Origin: Chloroflexota bacterium
GTDB lineage: Bacteria > Chloroflexota > UBA6077 > JAJPHF01
Length of the DNA stretch: 64,000 nt
Reading direction: 5' to 3'
Assembly: GCA_035294645.1 (NCBI GenBank)
Contig: DATGKN010000119.1
Coordinates: 8,972-72,971, forward strand
Part shown: positions 28,738 through 38,224 of the stretch, piece after piece
Numbering within the stretch: the stretch's first letter is position 1
Layout of the letters: every line of letters starts with the position of its first letter
The notes under the pieces: model-generated
Told to the model about the DNA's origin: nothing
The model's input: the letters and a program-made list of their open reading frames with translations, nothing else
Databases searched by the model: none
Position numbers and translations under genes: made by a program

Positions 28738-30570
28738 CTACGGCGCGGTGGCCGGCCGCGGCAGCCGCTCGCGGAGCCGCTCGAAGCCGTGCTGGAGGTG
28801 CTCCTGCAGCTCGTGCATCGTCTCCTGCACGTGGGCCAGGTGGCGCGCGATCGCCGCGCGGCGCCGCGAGGTGTACGGCCCGATGCGACGGTAGCGCTGG
28901 TACCGCGCGCGCACCAGCCGGCCCGGCGGGGTGGCCAGTAGCTGCGGCAGCTCGTGCGCGACGGCGGCGTGGACCGCCTGCACCGCCGCAGCCGGGTCGG
29001 TGTGCGCGCCGCCCGCCGGCTCGGGCACGATAGCGTCGATGATGCCCAGCTCCAGCAGGTCGGGCGCCGTGATGCGCAGCGCCGGGGCCAGGGCGGGCGC
29101 CTGGGTGGCGTCGCGGTACAGGATGGCCGAGGCGCCCTCCGGCGAGATGACCGAGAAGATAGCGTGCTCCTGCATCAGCACGCGGTCGGCCACCGCCAGC
29201 GCCAGCGCGCCCCCGCTGCCCCCCTCGCCGATCACCACGGCGAGGGTCGGCACCGGTAGGCTCACCATGCGCGCCAGGCAATGCGCGATCGCGTGGGCCA
29301 GCCCGCGGGCCTCGGCCTCCACCCCGGCCTCGGCGCCCGGGGTGTCCACGAAGGTGAGTAGCGGCAAGCGAAACTTGGCCGCCAGCCGCATCACCCGCAG
29401 GGCCTTGCGGTAGCCCTCGGGCAGCGCGCGCCCGCCGCGCCGGCGCGGGTCGTCGGGGTCGCGCTCCAACCCGATGGCCGCCACGGGCTGGCCGTCGAGC
29501 GTGCCGAGCCCGACGACCACCGCCGGGTCATCGCCATACGCCTGATCGCCGTGCAGCTCGTAGAAGTCGGGCAGCAGGCCACGGATGTAGTCGAGCGCGG
29601 TCGGCCGCGCGGGGTGGCGGGCGAGCTGGACCGTCTCCCACGCCGAGGGGCGCGGCCCGTCGGACGGCGCCGGGGCGCTCTCGGCGGGCGGCTCGCGCCG
29701 GGGCACGTGCGCGGGTGCCAGCAGGCCGAGCAGCGTCGCCAGCGTGGCGCGCAGCTCCGGGCGCGGCACCACGGCGTCGACGAAGCCGTGCGCGTGCAGG
29801 AACTCGGCGCTATGCGAGCGCTCGCCGGCCGCGGTGGCGCCGCCTGCCCCGGTCTGCTCGCGCACGCGCGGGCCGGCAAAGCCGATCAGCGCCCCGGGCT
29901 CGGCCAGGTGGATGTCGCCCAGGCTGGCGAAGCTGGCGAACACGCCGCCCGTGGTGGGGTGGGTAAGCACCACGATGTACGGCACCCGCGCGGCGTGCAG
30001 CCGGTGAGCCGCGGCGGCCGTCTTGGCCATCTGCATCAGCGACAGCATGCCCTCCTGCATGCGCGCGCCGCCGCTACCGATGATGGCGATCAGCGGCCAG
30101 CGCTGGCGCGCCGCCAGCTCGAACGCCAGCGCCACTTTTTCGCCCACCACCGAGCCCATACTGCCGCCGAGAAACTCGAAGTCGAGCACGGCGAGCACCG
30201 CCGGGCGCCCTTCTACGCGCAGCGTGCCGGTCACCACCGCCTCGCTCAGCCCGGTGCGCCGCTGCGCCTCCTCCAGCCGCGCCTGGTAGGGCATCCGATC
30301 GCTGAACCGCAAGGGGTCCACGGAGATCAGTTCGGCGTGCGTCTCGCGGAACGAGCCCGGGTCGGCCAGCGCGGCGATGCGCTCGCGGGCGCCGAGCGGG
30401 TAGTGGTAGCCGCAGTGGGGGCAGACGCGCAGGCGCTCATACAGCTCCGCGCCGTCGAGCGCGCCGGTGCAGCGCGTGCACTGGCGCGGCGGAGGTGACT
30501 CGACTGCAGCTGGGGGATCGGGAGCACGCCGGTGCCGCCAGTCCGCGAACAGCTCGGTCAGGTTCCGCAC
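28738..30570 (-). CDS. accDA: Fused acetyl-CoA-carboxylase-type carboxyltransferase, beta (AccD, Zn-ribbon) plus alpha (AccA) in one 610-aa polypeptide
   Basis: N-terminal AccD (CTRCTGAL...CPHCGYHYP; GGSMGSVVGEK). C-terminal AccA (LDYIRGLLPDFYELHGD...TPGAEAG...GEGGSGGALAL). Confidence 0.85.
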   Translation of the reverse strand: MRNLTELFADWRHRRAPDPPAAVESPPPRQCTRCTGALDGAELYERLRVCPHCGYHYPLGARERIAALADPGSFRETHAELISVDPLRFSDRMPYQARLEEAQRRTGLSEAVVTGTLRVEGRPAVLAVLDFEFLGGSMGSVVGEKVALAFELAARQRWPLIAIIGSGGARMQEGMLSLMQMAKTAAAAHRLHAARVPYIVVLTHPTTGGVFASFASLGDIHLAEPGALIGFAGPRVREQTGAGGATAAGERSHSAEFLHAHGFVDAVVPRPELRATLATLLGLLAPAHVPRREPPAESAPAPSDGPRPSAWETVQLARHPARPTALDYIRGLLPDFYELHGDQAYGDDPAVVVGLGTLDGQPVAAIGLERDPDDPRRRGGRALPEGYRKALRVMRLAAKFRLPLLTFVDTPGAEAGVEAEARGLAHAIAHCLARMVSLPVPTLAVVIGEGGSGGALALAVADRVLMQEHAIFSVISPEGASAILYRDATQAPALAPALRITAPDLLELGIIDAIVPEPAGGAHTDPAAAVQAVHAAVAHELPQLLATPPGRLVRARYQRYRRIGPYTSRRRAAIARHLAHVQETMHELQEHLQHGFERLRERLPRPATAP

Positions 30571-30758
30571 AAGCCCTCCTCGGCGCGCGGCCTGTGGCCA
30601 GCCTTTTTGGCTGCCGGCGGAACGCTCGCGGGCGCCGCTGCCCGCGGCGGCGCTGCCGTATCCTAGGTCTAGTCTACTCCAGTGCGCGGGCGAGCGACAT
30701 CTCGGCGCTGCAACGCCGGTGCGTGCCGTACACGGCGAGCAGCGGGGGAGAACACAGG

Positions 30759-31334
30759 GTGACCGCTCGGCGGGTGTGGGTGGGCGAAGACGCCGGCCAG
30801 CGGGCGCTGTTCGTCGAGGGCGTGGTCCAGTCGGTCGCGGCGGCCGATGCCTTGCGGGGGCCGGGCTACTGGCCCGCCATGCTGCCCGACGCGCGCCCGC
30901 GCCGCGCGCTGCTGCTGGGCCTGGGCGGCGGCACGATCGCCCACCTGCTGGTGCGCCGTTTCGGGCCGCTGCCGCTGGTGGGCGTCGAGATCGATCCCGA
31001 CGTGCTGGCGGTCGCCCGCGCCGCGTTCGACCTCGCCCTGCCGTCGCTAACCGTGGTCGAGGGCGACGCGGTCGATTACATCGCCACCTGCACCGAGCGC
31101 TTCGACTACATCTGCGTCGATCTGTACCGCGGCGCGGAGCCCGAGCGGCGCGTGTACGCGCGCCCGTTCCTGCGCCAGCTCCGCGCGCGGTGCCTGCCGG
31201 GCGGGCTGGTGGTGTTCAACCTGTTTCGCGACGGGCGCACCGCGCGCCGGCTGCACCGCCTCCAGCAGGTGTTCCCACACACCACCAGCGAGCGCATCGG
31301 CCAGAACATCGTCGTGCGCGCCCGCGTTCCTTGA
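30759..31334 (+). CDS. Spermidine-synthase-like class I SAM-dependent methyltransferase
   Basis: RALLLGLGGGTIAHLL...VEIDPDVLAVAR...DYICVDLY. GTG start with GGGGGAG RBS; the upstream track extension is not coding-like. Confidence 0.6.
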   Translation: MTARRVWVGEDAGQRALFVEGVVQSVAAADALRGPGYWPAMLPDARPRRALLLGLGGGTIAHLLVRRFGPLPLVGVEIDPDVLAVARAAFDLALPSLTVVEGDAVDYIATCTERFDYICVDLYRGAEPERRVYARPFLRQLRARCLPGGLVVFNLFRDGRTARRLHRLQQVFPHTTSERIGQNIVVRARVP

Positions 31335-31389
31335 GCCAGGGCGCAGCGCCCAGTGCCCGCTGCCGGCAGGCGATCGATGTTCGTCTCGC

Positions 31390-31887
31390 TCAGCGGTCGG
31401 CTTGGAGCTTGCGCGCGGCGGCCAGGATCGAGCGCACGATCCCCTCGTAGCCGGTGCAGCGGCATAGGTTGCCGGCGGCGTTCTCGCGCACCTCGCGCTC
31501 GGTCGGGTTGGGATTGTCGCGCAGGAACTCGTAGGCCGCCATCAGCACCCCTGGGGTGCAGAAACCACACTGGAGGCCGTGGTGCTCCCAGAACGCCTCC
31601 TGCAAGGGGTGCAGCTGCTCGCCGCGCGCCAGCCCCTCGACGGTCATGATCTCGGCGCCATCGACCTGCACGGCGAACAGCAGGCAGGAGCGCACCGCCC
31701 GGCCGTCCACCAGCACGGTGCAGGCGCCGCAGATGCCGTGCTCGCAGCCCACGTGCGTGCCCGTCAGGCCCAGGTCCTCGCGCAGGAAGTCGCTCAGCAG
31801 CCGTCGCGGCTCGACCTGGCCCTCGTACTCGATCCCGTTCACGCGCACGGTGATCGCTTGCTTGCGCGTGCGCGCCACGTGGCGCAT
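31390..31887 (-). CDS. coxS: Molybdenum hydroxylase small subunit, [2Fe-2S]-binding (CoxS/XdhC-like)
   Basis: GCEHGICGACTV and QCGFCTPG iron-sulfur motifs. Confidence 0.9.
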   Translation of the reverse strand: MRHVARTRKQAITVRVNGIEYEGQVEPRRLLSDFLREDLGLTGTHVGCEHGICGACTVLVDGRAVRSCLLFAVQVDGAEIMTVEGLARGEQLHPLQEAFWEHHGLQCGFCTPGVLMAAYEFLRDNPNPTEREVRENAAGNLCRCTGYEGIVRSILAAARKLQADR

Positions 31888-31908
31888 GCTGCACCTCCCT
31901 CTCGCGCT

Positions 31909-32790
31909 CTACTGGGTATCGGCCGCGGCGGCGCGCTGGAGAGCGAGCCGCAGCGCCCGCCGCGTCAGCACGCGCACCATGTCGCGCCGGTAGTCGGCGC
32001 TGGCGTGAATATCGCTCTCCGGCTCGGCCTGCGCGGCGGCGCGCACCCCCGCCTCGGCGAACAGCTCCTCGCCGGGGCGCTCGCCGACCAACAGCGCCTC
32101 CGCCTCGGTGGCCTTGATCGGTACCGGCCCCGCGCCGCACAGGCCGATGCCGGCGCGCGCCACCGTGCCGTCGGGGGCCAGCTCGAGCTGCACGCCCACA
32201 CCGACCATGGCGTAGTCGCCGTGCCGCCGGCTCAGCTCCAGGAACGCGCCGCCGTGCCGCCCCGTGGGCAGCCGGAAGCGCGCCTCGACCAGCAGCTCGG
32301 TCGGGTCGAGCGTGGTAGTCAGATAGGTGAGATAGAACTCTTCCGGTGCCAGCGGGCGCTGGCCGGCGACGCTGGCCGCCACCAGCTCGCCGCCCAGCGC
32401 CACCAGCACGGCGGGCAGCTCGGAGGCCGGATCGGCGTGCGCCAGGTTGCCGCCGATGGTGCCGCGGTTGCGGATCTGCGCGTGGCCGAGGGCGTGCAGC
32501 GCGTCGGCGACGAGCGGCAGGTGCTGCCGGACCAGCGGGTAGCGCTCCAGGGTGCGCTGGCGCGTGATGGCGCCGATGGCGAGCCAGCCGTTCTCCTCGC
32601 GGATGTAGTCCAGCTCGCGCAGGCGGTTGATGTCGACCAGCGCCTCGGGCTTGGCCAGCCGCATGTTCAGCAGCGGCACGAGGCTCTGGCCGCCAGCGAG
32701 GATCTTCGCCGCGTCGCCGCGCTCGGCCAGCACGGCCAGCGCCTCGTCCAGCGTGTCGGGCGCGTAGTAGTCGAAAGCGGCGGGCTTCAC
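31909..32790 (-). CDS. coxM: Molybdenum hydroxylase FAD-binding medium subunit (CoxM-like)
   Basis: FAD-binding PCMH domain (AGGQSLVPLL...IRNRGTIGGNLAHADPASE). GTGA start overlaps the coxL stop. Confidence 0.88.
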   Translation of the reverse strand: MKPAAFDYYAPDTLDEALAVLAERGDAAKILAGGQSLVPLLNMRLAKPEALVDINRLRELDYIREENGWLAIGAITRQRTLERYPLVRQHLPLVADALHALGHAQIRNRGTIGGNLAHADPASELPAVLVALGGELVAASVAGQRPLAPEEFYLTYLTTTLDPTELLVEARFRLPTGRHGGAFLELSRRHGDYAMVGVGVQLELAPDGTVARAGIGLCGAGPVPIKATEAEALLVGERPGEELFAEAGVRAAAQAEPESDIHASADYRRDMVRVLTRRALRLALQRAAAADTQ

Positions 32791-35222
32791 GGTTGGCCTC
32801 CCGTGGCCTGGCGGGCACGCGCCTCGCGTAGCAGCGCCCACACTTTGCTCGGCGTGATCGGCAGCGAGGTGATCTCGATGCCCAGCGGCTTGAGCGCGTC
32901 GGCCACGGCGTTGGCGATCGCCGCGGGCGCCGTCTCCGAGCTGCTCTCGCCCACCCCCTTGGCGCCGGTGAGCGAGGCGGGCGTGGGATATTCGACGTGG
33001 CCGATGGTCAGCGGCGGCGCCTCCATCGCCGTCGGACAGAGGTAGTCCATGAAGGTGCCCGCCAGGAACGCGCCGTTCTCGTCGTACACCATCTCCTCGT
33101 ACATCGCGCCGGCCATCCCATGCAGCACCGCGCCCCAGATCTGGCCCTCGACGAGCAGCGGGTTCAGGATGCGGCCGGCGTCGTGCATCGAGTAGTAGTG
33201 CTGGAGCTGGATCTCGCCGGTCTCGGGGTCGATCTCCACGGCCACGATCTCGCCCACGAAGCCGTACAGCTGCGACGAGTTGACGCGGTCCTGGTCGTCG
33301 GGCGCCACGGCGTGCTCGAAGTTCCACACCGAGGTGTTCTGCAGGCCCGGCTCGATGCCGGGTGGCAGCGCGTTGGGGTTCCAGTGGGCCACCCCGGCCA
33401 CGCGGCGGAACGTCACGTTGCGGTCGGGCTGGCCCTTGACGAAGAACACGCCGTCTTCGAGCACCACGTCGTCGGGGGCGGCCTCCAGCAGGTGGGCGGC
33501 GATGGCGCGCATCTTCTCCTTGACGCGCCGCGCCGCCAGTAGCGTGGCGCTAGCTCCCGCCGCGGCGAAGCGGCTGGAGTAGGTGCCCGTGGCGATCGAC
33601 CAGGCGCGCGAGTTGCTGTCGAAGTCGGCCACCACACGTACGTTCTCGATGGGGATGCCGAACTCCTCGGCCACCAGCTGCGCGACGGTCGTCTCGTGGC
33701 CCTGGCCCTCGGGACAGGTGTTGATCGTGCAGGTCACGTTGCCGCGAGCGTCGACCATCACCGTGCCCGTCTCGGCGGCGCCCGACTTAGCCTGGTAGCC
33801 GGGGCGCTGGCGCAGCTTGCGGTCGAAGGCGATCGTCACGTAGCCCATGTTGGACACCGACGGGTCGACCGCCAGCGCGATGCCGATGCCGTACAGGCGG
33901 CCCGCGGCCCGCGCCCGCGCCTGCTCCTCGCGCAGCCGGGCGTAGTTGGCCAGCTCCAGGAGCTTCTCGAAGGTGGCCGGGTAGTCGCCCGCGTCGTAGA
34001 TGCCGCCGGTGGGCGTGGTGTACGGCATGGCGCTGCCGGGGATGAGGTTGCGGCGCCGCAGCTCGGCCGGGTCCAGGCCCAGCGTGTCGGCCGCCTTGTC
34101 CAGCAGCCGCTCGATGTTGAAGTACAGGTGCTGGCAGCCGTAGCCGCGGTTGGGGCCCGTGAGCGACTTGTTGGTGTGCACCGCGTAGGCTTCGACGGCC
34201 AGGTGCTGGAACCGGTAGGGGCCGACCTGGTTGCCCAGCGGGCGGAACAGGCAGCCGGGGTCCGGGGCGCGGATGTAGGCGCCCACGTTGTCGATCAGCT
34301 TCTGGCGCATGCCCAAAATCGTGCCGTCGCGCTTGAGCGCCACCTCCATGTAGGCCACGCGGTCGGTGTTCGACGAGCTGGCGGCCAGGTGTTCGAGGCG
34401 GTCCTCGACCCACTTCACCGGCACGCCCGTCTTGCGCGCGGCCAGCGCGATCAGCGCGATGTAGGGGAACATGCTCGACTTAATGCCGAACCCGCCGCCG
34501 ATATCCGGCGGCACGATGAACCGTAGCTTGTTCTCCGGTGTGCGCAGCGCCCGTGCAGTGACCGGGTGCAGGCTGAACGGCCCCTGGAAGTTGGACCAGA
34601 TGGTGTACTCGCCGTTGATCGGGTTGAACTGGGCGATGACGGCGTAGCACTCCATCGGCGTGGAGCTGTACTTGGGGAACACCTGCCGCTGGCTGACGAC
34701 CACATCGGCCTCGGCAAAGGCCGCGTCGGGGTCGCCGTAGCGCAGGCTGCGGTGGCAAGCGATGTTGTGGCCGATGTCCTCGTGCAACACCGGCGCGTCG
34801 GGCGCCATGGCCCGCTCGGGGTCGACCACGGCGGGCAGCGGCTCGTAGTCGACCTCGATCAGCTCGCGCGCGTCCTCGGCGATGTAGCGGTCTTTGGCCA
34901 CCACCACGCACACCGGCTCGCCCACGAAGCGCACCTTGTCGGTGGCGGTGGCGTAGTAGCGCACGGGCGTTTCCACCCCCACGGGGAACGGGTCGGACAT
35001 CTCCAACACGTCCTGGGGAGTGAGGATGCCGACCACGCCCGGCACGGCCAGCGCCCGCTCGATGTTGACCGACCGGATGCGCGCGTGGGCGTGGGGGCTG
35101 CGCAGGATGGCGGCGTGGTACAGCACCGGCAGCGGGCGCAGGTCGTCCACGTAGGTGCCTTGGCCCGTCAGCAGGCGCGGGTCCTCGGCGCGCTTGATCG
35201 GCTGGCCGATCCACTTGGGCAT
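32787..35222 (-). CDS. coxL: Molybdenum hydroxylase large (molybdopterin) subunit, xanthine dehydrogenase family; not a bona fide CO dehydrogenase
   Basis: Large-subunit fold (MPKWIGQPIKRAEDPRLLTGQGTYVDD...). The active-site loop reads VGAYIRAPDPG, not AYRCSFR/AYRGAGR. Confidence 0.85.
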   Translation of the reverse strand: MPKWIGQPIKRAEDPRLLTGQGTYVDDLRPLPVLYHAAILRSPHAHARIRSVNIERALAVPGVVGILTPQDVLEMSDPFPVGVETPVRYYATATDKVRFVGEPVCVVVAKDRYIAEDARELIEVDYEPLPAVVDPERAMAPDAPVLHEDIGHNIACHRSLRYGDPDAAFAEADVVVSQRQVFPKYSSTPMECYAVIAQFNPINGEYTIWSNFQGPFSLHPVTARALRTPENKLRFIVPPDIGGGFGIKSSMFPYIALIALAARKTGVPVKWVEDRLEHLAASSSNTDRVAYMEVALKRDGTILGMRQKLIDNVGAYIRAPDPGCLFRPLGNQVGPYRFQHLAVEAYAVHTNKSLTGPNRGYGCQHLYFNIERLLDKAADTLGLDPAELRRRNLIPGSAMPYTTPTGGIYDAGDYPATFEKLLELANYARLREEQARARAAGRLYGIGIALAVDPSVSNMGYVTIAFDRKLRQRPGYQAKSGAAETGTVMVDARGNVTCTINTCPEGQGHETTVAQLVAEEFGIPIENVRVVADFDSNSRAWSIATGTYSSRFAAAGASATLLAARRVKEKMRAIAAHLLEAAPDDVVLEDGVFFVKGQPDRNVTFRRVAGVAHWNPNALPPGIEPGLQNTSVWNFEHAVAPDDQDRVNSSQLYGFVGEIVAVEIDPETGEIQLQHYYSMHDAGRILNPLLVEGQIWGAVLHGMAGAMYEEMVYDENGAFLAGTFMDYLCPTAMEAPPLTIGHVEYPTPASLTGAKGVGESSSETAPAAIANAVADALKPLGIEITSLPITPSKVWALLREARARQATGGQP

Positions 35223-35249
35223 GGCTCGTTCCCTCTGCGGTGTGGGCCG

Positions 35250-36074
35250 CTACAGCCGCAGCAGACGTGCGGCGGTACCTCCCAGGATAGCTTGCAGCGC
35301 AGCGTCGTCCAATGGCAGGCGCCGCAGGGCGGCGATGTTGTCGCCGATCTCGGTAGGGATCCCCGGCCAGTCGGAGCCGAACACGCACTTGTGGGCGATG
35401 CGCGGCAGGTCGGGAAAGTAGGCGAGCAGCTTGTGCGGCGGCAGCCCCGCCAGGTCGATGTACACGTTGGCGTGCAGCCGGGCCAGCGCCGCCGCGCGAT
35501 CGTACCAGAACGGCCGCCCGCCGTGGCACAGCAGCAGGTTCAGCTCCGGGAAATCGACCGCCACGTCATCGAGATAGAGCGGGTCGCCGTACTTGAGCCG
35601 CGCGCCGGGGAAGACGGACGAGCCGGTGTGGCACAGCACGGGAATCCCCAGCTCCTGCGCACGGGCGTACAGCGGGTACAGCAGCGGGTCGTTCGGGTAG
35701 TAGTAGCTGTAGGTGGGGTACAGCTTCAGCGCCCGAAAGCCCAGCTCGCGCACCAGGCGGTCGAGCTGGCGCGCCGGCTCGCGATCGACGAACGGGTTCA
35801 GGCTGGCACACGGCAGCAGGCGCGGACTCGCCGCGCAGAACTGGGCCACGTACTCGTTGCTGATCACCCCGGGCGAGGCGGGCGTGTTGGAGGCCAGCAC
35901 TAGGGCGTAGTCCACCCCCTGCTCGTCCAGATAGGCCAGGAACCGGTGGGGATCGGCCCACTCGGCGACGAACGCCGCGTAGGGCTGTCGGCGATTGGCC
36001 TCGACATGGGCCGCGTAGCCCGGGCTGAGCACCTCCATCCGCGCGGTGTGCACGTGGCAGTCGACGACCGGCAT
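35250..36074 (-). CDS. Amidohydrolase_2 family (ACMSD-like metal-dependent hydrolase/decarboxylase)
   Basis: MPVVDCHVHT...CHTG...LLLCHGGRPFW...FGSDWP, PF04909-type motifs. Confidence 0.8.
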   Translation of the reverse strand: MPVVDCHVHTARMEVLSPGYAAHVEANRRQPYAAFVAEWADPHRFLAYLDEQGVDYALVLASNTPASPGVISNEYVAQFCAASPRLLPCASLNPFVDREPARQLDRLVRELGFRALKLYPTYSYYYPNDPLLYPLYARAQELGIPVLCHTGSSVFPGARLKYGDPLYLDDVAVDFPELNLLLCHGGRPFWYDRAAALARLHANVYIDLAGLPPHKLLAYFPDLPRIAHKCVFGSDWPGIPTEIGDNIAALRRLPLDDAALQAILGGTAARLLRL

Positions 36075-36092
36075 CGCCTCGCTACCGCCCCC

Positions 36093-36440
36093 CTACTTCT
36101 TGTAGTAGCGCACCTCGAAGGTGGTGCAGCCCTCTGGCGCGACCCAGGGGCCGTGCGGCATGCCGGGCGGCCGGCAGGCGTACATCCCCTTGGTGAACGT
36201 CTGGTTCAGAGAGAGGTCGTGTAGGCTCCCGTCGATGATCCAGACCTCCTCCCAGAAGTCGTGCCGCTGCACGCCCAGCGGCGAGGTGTCGGTGCCGGGC
36301 TCGAAGCGCAGCATCCGGGTGTAATCCCCCGTCTCGGGGTCGCGGCTGAGGATCCGCTGCTTGAGCCCCGGGACCTCGAGGTCTTCCCACGGGATCGACG
36401 AGGGATCGAAAAATTCGTACTCGGGCTTGGGCATGCCCAC
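36093..36440 (-). CDS. Small cupin-domain protein
   Basis: 115 aa; beta-barrel cupin-like sequence (…HDFWEEVWIIDGSLHD…). Confidence 0.6.
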   Translation of the reverse strand: MGMPKPEYEFFDPSSIPWEDLEVPGLKQRILSRDPETGDYTRMLRFEPGTDTSPLGVQRHDFWEEVWIIDGSLHDLSLNQTFTKGMYACRPPGMPHGPWVAPEGCTTFEVRYYKK

Positions 36441-36496
36441 GCTCCCTCTGTAAAAACTCTACCGCGCCAAGCCGTCTGCCGCCCCGGCCGCTCCAC

Positions 36497-37159
36497 TCAG
36501 ACATCCAGGTCGTCGACCACCCTTACCGTGTAGGCGCAGCGCAGCGCGCGCCCGTCGGGGTGCGCCAGCACGGCCGTGAACTGGGTGCCGCAGCGCAGCG
36601 CGCCCCCGAGCAGGGGCAGCGTGCCGCAGAAGATCGCGCTGCCCTCCAGGTCGCCTCCTACGCGCTGGCGCACCAGAGCGAGAATCGCATCGGGCGGTAG
36701 CAGCTCGGCCACGCTCCCCTCTTGGTACGGCGCTCCGTCGACCTCGCTGCGCAGGTGGCAGCGATCCCAGGCATCGCGCACGGCCGCCCAGCGCCATGCG
36801 GCACGCGAGATCGGCTTGGGACAGACTTGCTTGCTGCGCGCGACGTGCAGGCGCTCCAACGCGCGGTCGGTATGGTCGCTGCCCACGGCGACGTACAGCT
36901 CGCCGCCCGTGTACAGCAGGACGAACTCGGCCTCACCGGAGGTGTCGCGCCCCACCACGTAGACGTGCTCCGCGGTAGTCAGGCGATCGGGCGCCAAGGC
37001 GTACAGCGCGGGCGTGCGCGCCGGGGCTGGAATGCCGTGCTCGCGCAGCTCGGCGATGTGGCGCGCGACAGCGGCCTGGTCACGACCAGTGTAGCCCGCG
37101 ATCAGCAGGCGCCGCGGCTCGAACGCCACCGCCGTACCCTCGACTTCGAGCTGCAACAC
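36497..37159 (-). CDS. DUF2848 domain protein
   Basis: GTG start preceded by GGAGGGAG. VLQLEVEGTAVAFEPRRLLIAGYTGRD... family, often adjacent to amidohydrolases. Confidence 0.6.
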   Translation of the reverse strand: MLQLEVEGTAVAFEPRRLLIAGYTGRDQAAVARHIAELREHGIPAPARTPALYALAPDRLTTAEHVYVVGRDTSGEAEFVLLYTGGELYVAVGSDHTDRALERLHVARSKQVCPKPISRAAWRWAAVRDAWDRCHLRSEVDGAPYQEGSVAELLPPDAILALVRQRVGGDLEGSAIFCGTLPLLGGALRCGTQFTAVLAHPDGRALRCAYTVRVVDDLDV

Positions 37160-37382
37160 GCTCCCTCCTCGCTGCTCCAGGGCTGTGCCTCCAGCTCCCC
37201 GGCGCGGCTTCGCCCCATTGTAGCACCGCCTTCCCCTCCCCACCGCGCTGCCGCTCGGCGGCCCGCCCTCGCCTTGCAGACGGTAATTGCGGTCTGTGCG
37301 GGCACGGCCCTATACCAGCCGGGAACCCACGAGGCCGGAACGCGAGAGCACAGCGGCGTCACGCCGCGGAGAAGGCAGAGGT

Positions 37383-38159
37383 ATGATGCGAGCGCTTCAG
37401 CAGCCCCTAGCCGTGGGATTTCTCGGGCTGGCACTCGCCGTGGGCACCGTGGTCAGTACAGCGGCCCTCCCGGCTCCCCTAGCCGCCGCGCAGGCGACGC
37501 CCTCTCCGAGTCCGACCAGCGTCGGCGGCGCTGGCCAGCCGTCGCGCGAGGCCGAGGGCAGTGGACAAGCCGTGGCGACCAGCAGCGAGGGGCCGCCGCC
37601 CACTGGCGCCGCGTCGAACACGCCCACCCCAACAGTCAGCGCCGCCCCCACACGTCAGGTGGCTACGGCCGCTGGCAGCGACAGCGCCGCGCCGCCCAGT
37701 GGCCAAGGCACCACCGGCGGTGGGCAGACGGGTAGCGGCCAGCCTGCGGCGGGCAGCAGCGAGGCCAGCAGCCAGGGCAGCGGGGGAACCCAGGCGAGCG
37801 GCCAAACCACAGCCGGGGGCCAAGAGACGGCAGGCGCGAGCCAGAACGCCAGTCCGGGCGGGCAGCCCGCCGGCGCGCCGCAGGAGGCGGGCAGCACGGC
37901 GGGATCCTCGTCCGGCACGGGCCAAGCAGCAGGCGCGACGACCGCCGCGGTAGATCCGGCCGCGCCGTTCATCGCTCGGCTCGACCGGCTCGAGGCCGCC
38001 CTGCGCGCGGGCGACTGCACAGCGGCCGCCGGTGAGCTCGCGGCGATCAATCGCGAGGGGCCCGACGCCCTGGTGCGCGCTGGCCTGAGCCAGCGCCAGA
38101 TCGAGGAGCTCCAGCGGCGCTTCGGGGAGCTCTTGCTGCTCGGCTTCCAGCGCTGCTGA
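37383..38159 (+). CDS. Secreted low-complexity (Gly/Ser/Thr/Ala/Gln-rich) protein with small structured C-terminal domain
   Basis: Signal peptide (MMRALQQPLAVGFLGLALAVGTVVSTAALPAPLAAAQA). About 150 aa of low-complexity linker. C-terminal helical domain containing Cys. Confidence 0.55.
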   Translation: MMRALQQPLAVGFLGLALAVGTVVSTAALPAPLAAAQATPSPSPTSVGGAGQPSREAEGSGQAVATSSEGPPPTGAASNTPTPTVSAAPTRQVATAAGSDSAAPPSGQGTTGGGQTGSGQPAAGSSEASSQGSGGTQASGQTTAGGQETAGASQNASPGGQPAGAPQEAGSTAGSSSGTGQAAGATTAAVDPAAPFIARLDRLEAALRAGDCTAAAGELAAINREGPDALVRAGLSQRQIEELQRRFGELLLLGFQRC

Positions 38160-38224
38160 GCGCGGCATGCGCGCCCAACGACTAGCCGCCCCGGGACTAA
38201 GGCGAGGTTGCGGGCCGTGGCGGT

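Noticed and set aside
32787-35222. Aerobic carbon-monoxide dehydrogenase (CoxL form I/II)
   Set aside because: The active-site loop reads VGAYIRAPDPG. It has neither the AYRCSFR (form I) nor the AYRGAGR (form II) signature, so it is called a generic molybdenum hydroxylase.
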